Origin: Ignavibacteriota bacterium
GTDB lineage: Bacteria; Bacteroidota; Ignavibacteria; UBA10030
DNA length: 64,000 nt
Reading direction: 5' to 3'
Assembly: GCA_963727825.1 (NCBI GenBank)
Contig: CAVSHO010000009.1
Coordinates: 576,001-640,000, forward strand
The position numbers were made by a program, and so were the translations under genes. Positions 48,646 through 58,745 of this stretch are shown one piece after another (position 1 is the first letter of the stretch; every line of letters begins with the position of its first letter). Below the pieces are notes generated by a model. That model was not told where the DNA came from, did no database searches, and saw only the letters and a list, made by a program, of their open reading frames with translations.

Positions 48646-49068
48646 ATGGAGATACCCATGGCAAATTCTCAAGATGTCGAAACCCTGGCACGAAGTTGCA
48701 TCGAACTCTTTAACAAACGAACTGTCGAATGGGTTGATACATGTTACGCTGAGAATGTTGAGTGGTTCGAATTACCGTTACCATCCACACCTTCCGGACA
48801 ACATGGCAATAGGGCATTCCTGCGTAATACCGCCCAAAGTCTTAATTCCCTGTTCCCAGATCGCCAAATGACAATCAACAATCTTATTGCCAAAGAAAAC
48901 TACGTTGCTATGGAATTGGAATGGAGAGGTACCGCTGCTGCAAGTTTCGGCAATTTCAAGATGGGTTCGATGGTTCAGTTTCGCATAGCTTCATTTCTAA
49001 CATTTTCTGACGGACTAATAGTCAAACAAATTGACTACTGCGTGCCAATTCAATCTGGTGTCGCTTAG
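48646..49068 (+). CDS. SnoaL/NTF2-like (ester cyclase family) protein
   Basis: ELFN...YAENVEW, FPD, VAMELEWRGT and DGLIVKQIDY motifs. Confidence 0.82.
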   Translation: MEIPMANSQDVETLARSCIELFNKRTVEWVDTCYAENVEWFELPLPSTPSGQHGNRAFLRNTAQSLNSLFPDRQMTINNLIAKENYVAMELEWRGTAAASFGNFKMGSMVQFRIASFLTFSDGLIVKQIDYCVPIQSGVA

Positions 49069-49150
49069 CCTGTATTTATCCATTCAGAAACATGACAAAT
49101 AGTGGAATGAAATAAAGCCATGCCCCTTTTTCATAATAAGGAGATTGTAA

Positions 49151-49474
49151 ATGCTTTACAAACCGGATCCGTTAAACTTCAAACAGATTCTCACCGGTAT
49201 TTTCATGAAGCCGCTGACTTACGGAGATAATTCTCTTCTGTGCAAGTTTCAGCTCAAACAAGGTTCGATAATCCCCGCTCATCAACATCCTCAGGAGCAA
49301 ACTGGATATCTTATCTCAGGTCGATTAAGATTTTCTAGTGATGAGGAAGATTTTATCGTCGAACCTGGATGTAGTTGGAATTTCAAAGGCGGGATATTAC
49401 ACGGAGCAGAAGTATTGGAAGATTCCGTAGCAATCGAAATTTTCTCGCCTATACGTCAGGATTATCTTGCCTGA
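49151..49474 (+). CDS. Cupin domain protein
   Basis: PAHQHPQEQTGYLISG and LHGAEVLEDS..IEIFSPIRQDY motifs. Confidence 0.9.
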   Translation: MLYKPDPLNFKQILTGIFMKPLTYGDNSLLCKFQLKQGSIIPAHQHPQEQTGYLISGRLRFSSDEEDFIVEPGCSWNFKGGILHGAEVLEDSVAIEIFSPIRQDYLA

Positions 49475-49720
49475 ACTTCAATACTGCACTATTAGATTTC
49501 GGATTCTAAATCTATAAGGTCATATATTGAAGTAAATATATTCCCTAAGAAAATATTGCTATAAATCAAATTTCCTTCGCCGAATGCATAACATAAACCT
49601 GTAATATGCGTTTATTGTAAAATTTAGGGTTCCTCGTTGTCTCTCGCTCCATTTTTTTCTACCTTAATCACAGTCGTAAGTTTATAAGGCGCCGACTTCG
49701 TCGCTTCAAAGAAAGGGCAA

Positions 49721-50740
49721 ATGAAGCCAACAACTATTTTTATCACCGGCGCAACCGGTTTTATCGGCACAAAACTTGTCAACGAACTAGTTCGCCAGGG
49801 ACACACAGTCCACGCGCTTACACGAGCCGCAAGCAATCGCGACGGATTGGGTCACGAGCGCATCAAATTAGTGCAAGGCGATATCATGAATCGCGAATCG
49901 CTTATTGCAGGAATGAAGGGCTGCACGCATGTATTTCATCTTGCAGCGTATGCGAAAAACTGGGCACGAGATCCAAGAATATTTTACGAGCATAACGTCA
50001 CCGGTATGTTGAATGTCTTTGATGCGGTAAAACAACTTGGCGTTCAGCGCGTCGTGTGGACGTCAACCATCGTTACTTTTGGACCTACCGCGCCTGGTGT
50101 GATAGGCGACGAAACAATGCCGCGCATCTCATCGAAATACTACACAGAGTATGAAGAGACAAAAGCGGCCGCAGAAAAAGAAGCACTCAAAATGGCGGCG
50201 GAAGGATTCCCTGTGGTTATAGTAAATCCCACGCGCGTTTATGGCCCCGGTAAACTGACGGAAGGAAATTCTGTCAGTTTAATGATCGATCAATACGATC
50301 GTGGTTTAGTACCGATTCTTCTAAACCACGGCGTTAACATCGGGAATTATGTATTTGTAGATGATCTCGTACGTGGACATATTCTCGCAATGGGAAAAGG
50401 GCGCATTGGCGAGCGATATATTATCGGCGGCGAAAATTCATCCCTGAAACATTTCTACGAATTAGTGGATGAAGTAAGCGGCAAGAAACACTTCCAGATC
50501 AATCTTCCACCTATGGTGGGACTTGCTTATGGCGGCATCCAGAAATTTGCTGCAGAAAAATTTGGCATCTATCCTCAAATAACTACCGGCTGGGTGGAAA
50601 CATTTTTGCAGAATTGGGCATATTCTTGCGCTAAAGCCGAGCGTGAACTTGGTTACACATTTACTCCGCTCAAGGAAGGCGTACGATCGACTTATGAATG
50701 GATTTTACAGCAGCGTCAACTTCGGAAGAAAAAATTATGA
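49721..50740 (+). CDS. NAD-dependent epimerase/dehydratase (HpnA/DFR-like extended SDR)
   Basis: TGATGFIG, FHLAA, YEETK and NPTRVYGPG motifs. Confidence 0.88.
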   Translation: MKPTTIFITGATGFIGTKLVNELVRQGHTVHALTRAASNRDGLGHERIKLVQGDIMNRESLIAGMKGCTHVFHLAAYAKNWARDPRIFYEHNVTGMLNVFDAVKQLGVQRVVWTSTIVTFGPTAPGVIGDETMPRISSKYYTEYEETKAAAEKEALKMAAEGFPVVIVNPTRVYGPGKLTEGNSVSLMIDQYDRGLVPILLNHGVNIGNYVFVDDLVRGHILAMGKGRIGERYIIGGENSSLKHFYELVDEVSGKKHFQINLPPMVGLAYGGIQKFAAEKFGIYPQITTGWVETFLQNWAYSCAKAERELGYTFTPLKEGVRSTYEWILQQRQLRKKKL

Positions 50741-51459
50741 ATAGATTTGAGAATTTCTTTTCGCTCCCTGAACTTTTTTCCAAAGAAAACAAGAAACCGG
50801 TGATAATACTTCTCCTTGCACCGCTTGTTCTTGCAACGTGGAAATACTACGGTTCAAAATCGTTTTACCTTGCCCATCTCAGCGGCAAACTTGTAATTTT
50901 CAACAGCGCTGCTATGACAGCGGAGTGGTACAATTATTTGTCCGCTTTCTTTCTGCTTGGCGTAATTGCAGCTATAGTAATCAAATTCATTTTCAAAGAA
51001 TCTCTTGCTGATTATGGATTACAAATTGGCGATTGGAAATTCTGGATTCCCGCAGCACTGGTTGTGGGAGCGGTGATGGTAGCACTCTCCTATCCTTCGG
51101 CAAAGGATCCACAGTACATTGCAGAGTATCCTTTGTACAAAGGCGCCGGCGACTCGATGCAGATGTTTGCAATCCACGCTTTTGCCTATCTTATTTTTTA
51201 CTTCGGCTGGGAAATATTTTTTCGCGGATTCATGCAATTTGGATTGACCGACCGCTTCGGCGCATGGGGTGCAATACTTGTGCAGGTAGCGCTCTCGTGC
51301 ATAGTTCATATCGGCAAACCGGATAGTGAAATTTACAGTTCAATTCTCGGCGGCCTTGTATGGGGAATTATTGTATACCGGTCAAAATCACTCTGGCCAT
51401 CAATCATAACTCACTGGATACTTGGTGTTTCACTCGATTATTTTATTTGTTTTTACTAA
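50737..51459 (+). CDS. CPBP (Abi/CAAX type II) intramembrane protease
   Basis: WEIFFRG, HIGKP..E and SLWPSIITH motifs. ATGA overlap with the upstream gene. Confidence 0.85.
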   Translation: MNRFENFFSLPELFSKENKKPVIILLLAPLVLATWKYYGSKSFYLAHLSGKLVIFNSAAMTAEWYNYLSAFFLLGVIAAIVIKFIFKESLADYGLQIGDWKFWIPAALVVGAVMVALSYPSAKDPQYIAEYPLYKGAGDSMQMFAIHAFAYLIFYFGWEIFFRGFMQFGLTDRFGAWGAILVQVALSCIVHIGKPDSEIYSSILGGLVWGIIVYRSKSLWPSIITHWILGVSLDYFICFY

Positions 51460-51462
51460 GAG

Positions 51463-51511
51463 AACCTTCCGAAGGTTTCATTTGATTGGACTCAAGTAGC
51501 CTTCGGAAGGT
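51463..51511. repeat. Paired REP-like palindromes ACCTTCCGAAGGT ... CCTTCGGAAGGT
   Basis: Two inverted self-complementary units in a 72-bp intergenic gap. Confidence 0.65.
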
Positions 51512-51531
51512 ATCCTAAGATTAGAAAAACT

Positions 51532-52443
51532 ATGACAAATAAACGACTCGCAATTGGCAAACTCCAACTCCGTGCGACAGATGGATTAATTCTTGCAACA
51601 CTAGGTTTCTTTAGCCTGCTTACAATCATCTTTTATTATCGGATCGATGGTTGGTGGATGCTCGTTCTAAAGAATGTCACCGTCGCCATTGCGTATATTC
51701 TCTTTAACCAATTCAGCGAACACGCAAAGAAAAAATTCTGGAAGTTCCTTCTCCGCATGACTTCAATTATATTTGCCTATGCGTATCTCTTCGGAGCTGT
51801 TGATAAATTGCAGATGCTCATTTACGGGCATTGGATGGATGATTATGTCCTTGATTTTGAACAATGGGTGTTTACCGTGCAGCCAACACTTTGGATAGAA
51901 GACTTCATTTCTAAACCGCTGACCGAATGGATGATGTTCTCTTACGTGATTTACGTTCCAATGTATCCTATTCTTTGTGGTATCATCTACTATATGCGCG
52001 GCGAACTGGCAATGGAAGATTGTTTTTTCACTCTTGGGTTCACAAATATTCTTTGCGATATTGGTTTCATTCTTTTTCCAGTTGCGAGCCCGATGCATTA
52101 CATCAAACAGTTATATACTGTTCCGTTGGATGGCTGGGTCTGGACATTTCTTGGTGAGTGCATGCGAAAGTATTTACACTATGCCGGCGGATCAATTCCA
52201 AGTCCGCATGCAGCTGCCGCAACTATTATGTGGGTAATGGCATATCGTTATCATCGTCCCTCATTCTGGATTTTGACGCCCATAATACTGTCCCTTTACG
52301 TTTCAACATTTTATTGCCGTTATCATTACGTAACAGATGTTGTGGTTGGAGTACTTGTAGCGTTTCTCGCAATTGCCATCGCACCTTTATTGATGAAAAT
52401 GTGGGATAATTTAGCAACACGCAAAATTGTCTCATCCATTTGA
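51532..52443 (+). CDS. PAP2/Aur1-like (IPC synthase-like) membrane phosphotransferase
   Basis: Multi-TM; FILFPVASP, IPSPH and RYHYVTD catalytic motifs. Confidence 0.82.
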   Translation: MTNKRLAIGKLQLRATDGLILATLGFFSLLTIIFYYRIDGWWMLVLKNVTVAIAYILFNQFSEHAKKKFWKFLLRMTSIIFAYAYLFGAVDKLQMLIYGHWMDDYVLDFEQWVFTVQPTLWIEDFISKPLTEWMMFSYVIYVPMYPILCGIIYYMRGELAMEDCFFTLGFTNILCDIGFILFPVASPMHYIKQLYTVPLDGWVWTFLGECMRKYLHYAGGSIPSPHAAAATIMWVMAYRYHRPSFWILTPIILSLYVSTFYCRYHYVTDVVVGVLVAFLAIAIAPLLMKMWDNLATRKIVSSI

Positions 52444-52533
52444 TTTAATAAAATTGATATAATACTTATTCACTATTCATATATTATCTGCTTCAACTCT
52501 TAGCACTCTACATTCATAATAAAGGAGTATGTT

Positions 52534-54054
52534 ATGAAAAAGAATGTTTATTTACACGTCTTCATTTTTTGCTGGTTGACCGTTATTGGTTCCATTTCTC
52601 CGGCGCAAATAAAACAATCTGCCAGCGAACGAACATCGGTCGATTTAACAATTTATAATCAAAATCTGGCACTCGTTCGCGAAGAACGGTCAATCGATTT
52701 ATTAAAAGGATTGAACCGTATAATCATTCCCGATATTCCAGCCACAATTGATGGCACATCGCTTCATTTTTCCAGCCTCACCGACCCGTCGGCAGTAAAA
52801 GTGATTGAACAAAATTATCAGTACGATCTTGTTCACCAAGCTAAGTTACTGGAAAAATATATTGGCAAAGAAGTAGAATTCATCCGAACGGACAATGAAT
52901 CAAAGAAAGATTATACCGTCAAAGGAAAACTGCTCGCCACCGGATGGCAACCGCAGCTAAATTATAATCCGTACAGCGGCAGCGCACCGTATTACATGTC
53001 AGGACAAATGATCGCTGAAATCAACGGAAAGATTGAAATCTCGCCGGAAGGCATGCTTATCCTTCCTGCTTTGCCGGAAGGATTAATCCTCAAACCGCAG
53101 CTTGAATGGCTCGTGACAAATTCCAACCAGGGTCAGCATAAAACAGAAATAAGTTATTTAGCCGGTCAATTGACTTGGAGTTGCAATTATGTTGCACTAC
53201 TTGATGCAAATGATTCACAGATTGATTTAACCGGTTGGGTAACAATAACAAATAATTCCGGCACAACTTTCAAAAATGCAGGTCTAAAGTTAGTTGCAGG
53301 CGATGTGAATCTTGTTAAAGAAGGACAAACAGGATATGCTTTAAGAAAATCGGACTTGATGGAAACTAACGCCGCGGCTCCTCAATTCCAGCAAAAAGAA
53401 CTTTTTGAATACAAACTTTACTCGCTGCAACGCAAGACAGACATCAGCAATAACGAGACAAAACAAATCGAACTTACTTCAGCAAAAAATATCTCCGCAG
53501 AAAAGGTTTTCATTTATGACGGATTGTCTAATCAGTGGCGGTACTGGTCTAACAATTATTCATATCGCGAGCAGGGAAGTTTTGGTCAACAATCGAATAA
53601 AAAGATTGGTGTATTCGTAACATTCAAAAACGAAGAGAAATCCGGACTTGGTATTGCACTGCCAAAAGGCAAAGTGCGCGTCTATAAACGTGACGATGAC
53701 GGCAAGGAACAATTTGTGGGCGAAGATGAAATTGACCACACACCGAAGGATGAAGAAATTAAACTCTATCTCGGCAACGCATTTGACATCGTCGGCGAAC
53801 ACACTCAGCAAAACTTCCGCGTTGTCGTTCCCGGACACGTTGTTGATGAAACATTTGAAATTAAAGTACGCAACCATAAATCCGAACCTGTGGAAGTACT
53901 GGTATATGAACATCCTTGGCGCTGGAATGAATGGGATATTACCAAGAGCACTGCCGAGTGGGAGAAAGTGGATCAGACAACGATCAAGTTTCCAGTGAGG
54001 CTGAAGAAAGATGAAGAGAAAGTAATTACCTATACGATACGATATAACTGGTAG
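52534..54054 (+). CDS. Secreted DUF4139 domain protein
   Basis: LTIYNQNLALVRE, EQNYQYDL, LKLVAGDV, LPKGKVRVY and IDHTP motifs. Confidence 0.87.
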   Translation: MKKNVYLHVFIFCWLTVIGSISPAQIKQSASERTSVDLTIYNQNLALVREERSIDLLKGLNRIIIPDIPATIDGTSLHFSSLTDPSAVKVIEQNYQYDLVHQAKLLEKYIGKEVEFIRTDNESKKDYTVKGKLLATGWQPQLNYNPYSGSAPYYMSGQMIAEINGKIEISPEGMLILPALPEGLILKPQLEWLVTNSNQGQHKTEISYLAGQLTWSCNYVALLDANDSQIDLTGWVTITNNSGTTFKNAGLKLVAGDVNLVKEGQTGYALRKSDLMETNAAAPQFQQKELFEYKLYSLQRKTDISNNETKQIELTSAKNISAEKVFIYDGLSNQWRYWSNNYSYREQGSFGQQSNKKIGVFVTFKNEEKSGLGIALPKGKVRVYKRDDDGKEQFVGEDEIDHTPKDEEIKLYLGNAFDIVGEHTQQNFRVVVPGHVVDETFEIKVRNHKSEPVEVLVYEHPWRWNEWDITKSTAEWEKVDQTTIKFPVRLKKDEEKVITYTIRYNW

Positions 54055-54116
54055 GTGATTTTACTGATTGCCCCGATTTCACACAGATAATAGATTTCGC
54101 TGATTGTTTTTTAGTG

Positions 54117-54198
54117 GCGTCAGGAGTTATCTCCTGACGCTAACATTTGTGATATCTTAGTTTTTAATATGGCAGTGTCAGGACAAAAGTCCTGACAC
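54117..54198. repeat. Two related hairpins (GTCAGGA..TCCTGAC) between convergent genes
   Basis: GCGTCAGGAG-TTAT-CTCCTGACGC (54117-54140) and GTGTCAGGAC-AAAA-GTCCTGACAC (54175-54198). Confidence 0.7.
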
Positions 54199-54221
54199 AA
54201 CATTTTCTACGAAGTTCCCTA

Positions 54222-55598
54222 TCATCCAACCGACTCCGCCGCTTTTCTTCCGCTCATCACCGCTCCTTCGATAGTGGCAGGATAACCGGTTGCAGTCCAA
54301 TCGCCAGCAAGAAAAAAGTTGTCAAATTCTGTTCGCGCACTTGGACGCAACGCTTCAAGTCCAGGTGAAGGCAAAAACGTAGCTCGCTTCTCTTTGATCA
54401 CCAACGAGTGAATAACTTTTGCATTCTGTGCTTGAGGCAAGACCCGGCGTAAATCTTCCATCGCAATTTCTACCAATTGTTTTTTATTCAAATTGACAAA
54501 TTCGTCGGCACTGCTGATAACCATCGAAAGATATTGACGAATTGCTGTTCCTGCTCTTTTCTCATTCAACAATTTACTTTTATTGAAGATCCATTGGATA
54601 CGAGTCTCCAGCAATGCGGCAAAATCGAGATCAGTAATTTCCCGGTCGAGCCAGAGATGAATGGAGATGATAGGTGAAGATTTAAAACTCCTTATTAAGT
54701 TGTCATCTAAAATGACAGCTCCTCGATTATGTTCCTGTTTTGATTTGTAATGATTTGCCAATAGAATTTCCTCAAACGAATACCAGGGAATTGCGCTGAT
54801 GAATGACTTTCCTTGAAGTTCCTTCCCTTCCAAGGTTCTCACTGATCGAACATGTGCCCCTTCCAATATCATACTCTCTACGCCAACGCCGGTACGCACT
54901 TCACCACCGTGAGTTTTTATGAATTGCACCGCCGGATCCACAAATAATTCACTCAATCCGACGTTCGGAATTAACAGGCTTGCATTTTCGCTTTTTCCAA
55001 GGAATGCTGAACGCAAAACACGGAATAATATCAGTGCCGAAACATTCTTTGGATAGTTGTTCAGCGCGCCAATCGTAATCACGTCCCACAAATACTTTCT
55101 ACTGACGTCAGACTGCCTCAACTTTACGAGCCATTCTTCTACGGTGAGCCGATCCAATTCCAGTTCTTTCTCAGGCGATGTGTTAATCAATTCTTTAACA
55201 ACCATAAGCAATCTTAACCGATCTTTGAACGGAATTGCTGTGAACCCAAGCAACCCACCCAACAAGTGTAAAGGTGCAGGAAACCGGGCACACAGAAGCA
55301 GAATATCATTTTGGGATGGACACAAATACTTAATCCGAAGCGATGGCTGGAGAAAAGCAAGATGATCGGTCCCAATTAGTTTTAGAAACCGGCGCGTCGC
55401 GTGGTAACACCCCATCATCAGATGCTGACCGTTATCCACAAAGCTGTCCGTCGCGGCATTGAAATAAGACTGTGTACGTCCACCGCAATGCTGGTGTTGT
55501 TCCAATAATAAGATTTTACGTCCGAGCGCAGATAATTCCACTGCTGCACTTAAACCGCTTAACCCGCCGCCGATAATTATTGCATCATAATTATACAT
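54222..55598 (-). CDS. hpnE: Hydroxysqualene dehydroxylase HpnE-like FAD oxidoreductase
   Basis: GGGLSG, DNGQHLMMGCY, EKRATF and LAGDWTATGYPATIEGAVMSG motifs. Confidence 0.85.
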   Translation of the reverse strand: MYNYDAIIIGGGLSGLSAAVELSALGRKILLLEQHQHCGGRTQSYFNAATDSFVDNGQHLMMGCYHATRRFLKLIGTDHLAFLQPSLRIKYLCPSQNDILLLCARFPAPLHLLGGLLGFTAIPFKDRLRLLMVVKELINTSPEKELELDRLTVEEWLVKLRQSDVSRKYLWDVITIGALNNYPKNVSALILFRVLRSAFLGKSENASLLIPNVGLSELFVDPAVQFIKTHGGEVRTGVGVESMILEGAHVRSVRTLEGKELQGKSFISAIPWYSFEEILLANHYKSKQEHNRGAVILDDNLIRSFKSSPIISIHLWLDREITDLDFAALLETRIQWIFNKSKLLNEKRAGTAIRQYLSMVISSADEFVNLNKKQLVEIAMEDLRRVLPQAQNAKVIHSLVIKEKRATFLPSPGLEALRPSARTEFDNFFLAGDWTATGYPATIEGAVMSGRKAAESVG

Positions 55599-55761
55599 AC
55601 ACTTCTCTCATTATGAGAATAATAAAATATCATTTCAAATTCATGATATTCTGAAATGCGCGCGTGTAGGTATCTTGACTTTGTTCACAAAACTTATACT
55701 TTAAGGATGAATTTGTGCTTTAAGAAAGTGAAGTGTCCCTACCAAAAAAATCAAGACAAAC

Positions 55762-58626
55762 GTGAAAGAACTATTCACACAACTGGCCGAAGCACTTCAG
55801 AAAGAACTTGAGCAGCTCAAGGCTACTCGCCGCGAGATACGTCTGTTTAGCGGCGAACGCATCGGAGCATTTGCTGGATACACTTACTACCGTTTTGAAA
55901 TTCCCGAAGATATTATTCTCCGCACTACGGAACGTGCTACATTTACATTTGGCCAGCAGCAACCCGTCGGCGTTATCGGCAATATCATTGCTATAGAAAA
56001 TCAATTTTTCATTGTTGCCTTGCCTCAAAATTTCGGCTCGTCTTTGCCGGAGACGAAATGTTCTTGGAATTATGAGGATGAACACAAGCCGATTATTGAT
56101 TTGCTTAAGAGAATTGATGTGAAATCCATTATTCCGCAGTTGCTCTTCGATCCGGCAGATAAAAGAAATAGTCACATCGTTAGTTTTGAAACAAGCGGTG
56201 TTGCGACCACGCCGCATGACCAAATAGAGACAGTGAAAAAGATTTTGCAGAACAGGGTCACTATGGTTTGGGGTCCTATTCTCTCCGGTAAGACAAATGT
56301 ATTAGCGCTTACTGCACTTAGTTATATAAAAGCCGGCCGAAAGGTACTGTTCGTTGCTCCGTCTAACGATGATGTTGATTCGATGCTTTTAAAAACCGTA
56401 AGCGTCGGAGAACAACTTGGGGTTAAGATGACAAAGTTTGCCGCGCGCGTCGATCTTCCATCCCCTGGTGTGTTCGATGCAATTGCGCCGTACTCGTTTG
56501 AGAACCAAGTAGAAACAGCAAAAGCGGAAAAGCGCAAGGTGTTTCAAGAACGAGTGACGCTATTGAACACTTATTGGCAAGTTAAGATTAAGCAAATTCT
56601 TCATGAGGACTTCTATCATAGGGTGCAAGAGAAACGTGATCGGTTAGCAGAGCTTCGTAAGAAAATCGAACAGACATCGAATGAAATTACTCAACTTAAT
56701 CAAATCATAGTCGAATTGGAAAATTCATCACTTATCGAGCGGATGAAAAAGGGATTTTCCAAAAATGATATCGATCACGCACAGGAACAACTGATACGGC
56801 AGCAACAGAATCATAAACGCTTGCTTTCTATTCAGCAGACGATATCTAACGAAATCACAGCGATCGAACTCAACGCGCCAATCACGCCTCAGGAACAAAT
56901 GGAATTTAGAGAAACCAGTAAGAGAATTGATGAGTTGGGCGGGTTGGAGAAAGTTGCAAAGGCAGTAGAGGATTTTATTTCTGTTGACGAACATGCATTG
57001 TTACAATCAAAGCTTTTCATTGCTACCGGTATTTCCGCGGCATTGATAGATCCTGCTATACGCAACCAACAGTTCGATCTCGTTATTGTAGATGAAGCGC
57101 AACGTGTTAACTTGCCCACACTCGCTGCATTATCAATGCTGGCGCGAGATAAATTTGTCATTGCGGGCGATCCATTCCAAGTGGAGCCCGAGTCAATTTT
57201 CACGGATGAGCAAGGTGAGTATTGGCTTCAGCGGGATATTTTTCTACACGTTGCACAGACAACAGAGCTGCATCGGCTTTTTGAATGGGCAGAACAAAAT
57301 CCGCGTTGGTCCATTTTTATGAAATCGCATTATGCTACTACTCCTAAATTATCGTCGTTTATGGCATCGGTTTTATTTGATGAAAAGATAAATGTTCATG
57401 TTTCGCCTAAGGCAAAAGGTCGAATTTACTTTTTTGACACAAGTATAATTCATTCACGCTGTAAACAATATGCCGGCAAGAAAAAAATTCTTCCTTATAA
57501 TCAACTCCATACAAAGCAAGTTATCGAATGCGTCAAGCATGCGCTAATGGAACCAAATCGAATTGCATTGGATGTGGGAGTTATTCTTCCGTTCACCGGT
57601 CCAACACTTTACACTAAACTTCAATTGCGGATTCAGGGAATAAAGAATGTTGAAGTAGGCACACCGCAAAGTTTTTGCGACCGACGTAAAAATGCAATTA
57701 TTTTTGATACAACAATGGCAGGCGTGGATTATACCATGCGCTCTATCGATGATAAAAAGATTGGTGAGCATAAAATTGCGCGTCTCTTTAACACGGTTTT
57801 TTCCTGCGTTGGCGAAGATTTATATGTAATTGCAGATATGTCTCACTTTAGATCTTCATACCAAGACCGCCTCTTCACCCGGTTATTGATGTTGCTTCAA
57901 GCGCAGGCGGATGATCAGCAATTATCATGTGCAAACGCTGTAAAAAAATTCGAAGATCTATCTCAAAAGCAGATGGAAGAAATTTATACATTGTACCGAA
58001 ATAAGCCGCTGGCAGTTATTCCGAAAACTGCAGTTGATGCTCCAAAAGAGAAAGTAGATCATGAACTCGAAATTCAGATGAAAATGATGGCAAAGCAATG
58101 GGAAACGAAACTTGCTGCTAATACAGGACACGACAAGGAACGAGAAGTTTTCACCGCGGTACAGCGTGTTCTCGGCTGGCGCACAGATGTAAATTTTGTG
58201 TCACAATTCATTGGAGGCGATCTGATCTTCCGCAATTCATTTTCAACGGAATCGGCAATACGCAAACTACCTTTTGATATCTGCGAAAATGAGAAACATT
58301 TCCGCGATATAATGGAAAAATGGAATTTGCTTATATACGAAATGTCCGGCGGCCAGAATACCGATTTGTCTTTCTTTGCAAGTAAAGGCCCAGAAGCACG
58401 TGTTAGGCAGGATATTCGAAACCTTCGCGCTTATTATTCTTCCGATGTTGAAGCTGTAATTGAAGAAGGCAAAAAGAAAATCGCTGTAGAAGTAGCACGC
58501 GTATTTCAGGAATTACTAGGCAAAAGCAGACCAAACAGTCCAGCCGAATATTCAACTGCGTATCTAAACTTCCTCACGCGCTTGGAAGCGTACCTTAGCT
58601 GGACTTCAGATCAAGTGCGCCGATAA
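55762..58626 (+). CDS. SF1 (DNA2/NAM7-like) helicase-fold protein with coiled-coil insert
   Basis: WGPILSGKT, APSN, VDEAQ and GDPFQ motifs; motifs V and VI degenerate. Confidence 0.8.
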   Translation: MKELFTQLAEALQKELEQLKATRREIRLFSGERIGAFAGYTYYRFEIPEDIILRTTERATFTFGQQQPVGVIGNIIAIENQFFIVALPQNFGSSLPETKCSWNYEDEHKPIIDLLKRIDVKSIIPQLLFDPADKRNSHIVSFETSGVATTPHDQIETVKKILQNRVTMVWGPILSGKTNVLALTALSYIKAGRKVLFVAPSNDDVDSMLLKTVSVGEQLGVKMTKFAARVDLPSPGVFDAIAPYSFENQVETAKAEKRKVFQERVTLLNTYWQVKIKQILHEDFYHRVQEKRDRLAELRKKIEQTSNEITQLNQIIVELENSSLIERMKKGFSKNDIDHAQEQLIRQQQNHKRLLSIQQTISNEITAIELNAPITPQEQMEFRETSKRIDELGGLEKVAKAVEDFISVDEHALLQSKLFIATGISAALIDPAIRNQQFDLVIVDEAQRVNLPTLAALSMLARDKFVIAGDPFQVEPESIFTDEQGEYWLQRDIFLHVAQTTELHRLFEWAEQNPRWSIFMKSHYATTPKLSSFMASVLFDEKINVHVSPKAKGRIYFFDTSIIHSRCKQYAGKKKILPYNQLHTKQVIECVKHALMEPNRIALDVGVILPFTGPTLYTKLQLRIQGIKNVEVGTPQSFCDRRKNAIIFDTTMAGVDYTMRSIDDKKIGEHKIARLFNTVFSCVGEDLYVIADMSHFRSSYQDRLFTRLLMLLQAQADDQQLSCANAVKKFEDLSQKQMEEIYTLYRNKPLAVIPKTAVDAPKEKVDHELEIQMKMMAKQWETKLAANTGHDKEREVFTAVQRVLGWRTDVNFVSQFIGGDLIFRNSFSTESAIRKLPFDICENEKHFRDIMEKWNLLIYEMSGGQNTDLSFFASKGPEARVRQDIRNLRAYYSSDVEAVIEEGKKKIAVEVARVFQELLGKSRPNSPAEYSTAYLNFLTRLEAYLSWTSDQVRR

Positions 58627-58745
58627 CGCTGAGGTGACTGTGCCAAGCATAAGGGAATACTGTTTTTTTCCCACCTTCAATCTCTTCCTTGAAGCATGAA
58701 ACATAATCGACTATATTAACTTTATCTATAGAAAGATTATCTATA

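Noticed and set aside
49721-55598. Hopanoid biosynthesis cluster (HpnA-like plus HpnE)
   Set aside because: The genes are on opposite strands and separated; no hpnC, hpnD or shc in the window.
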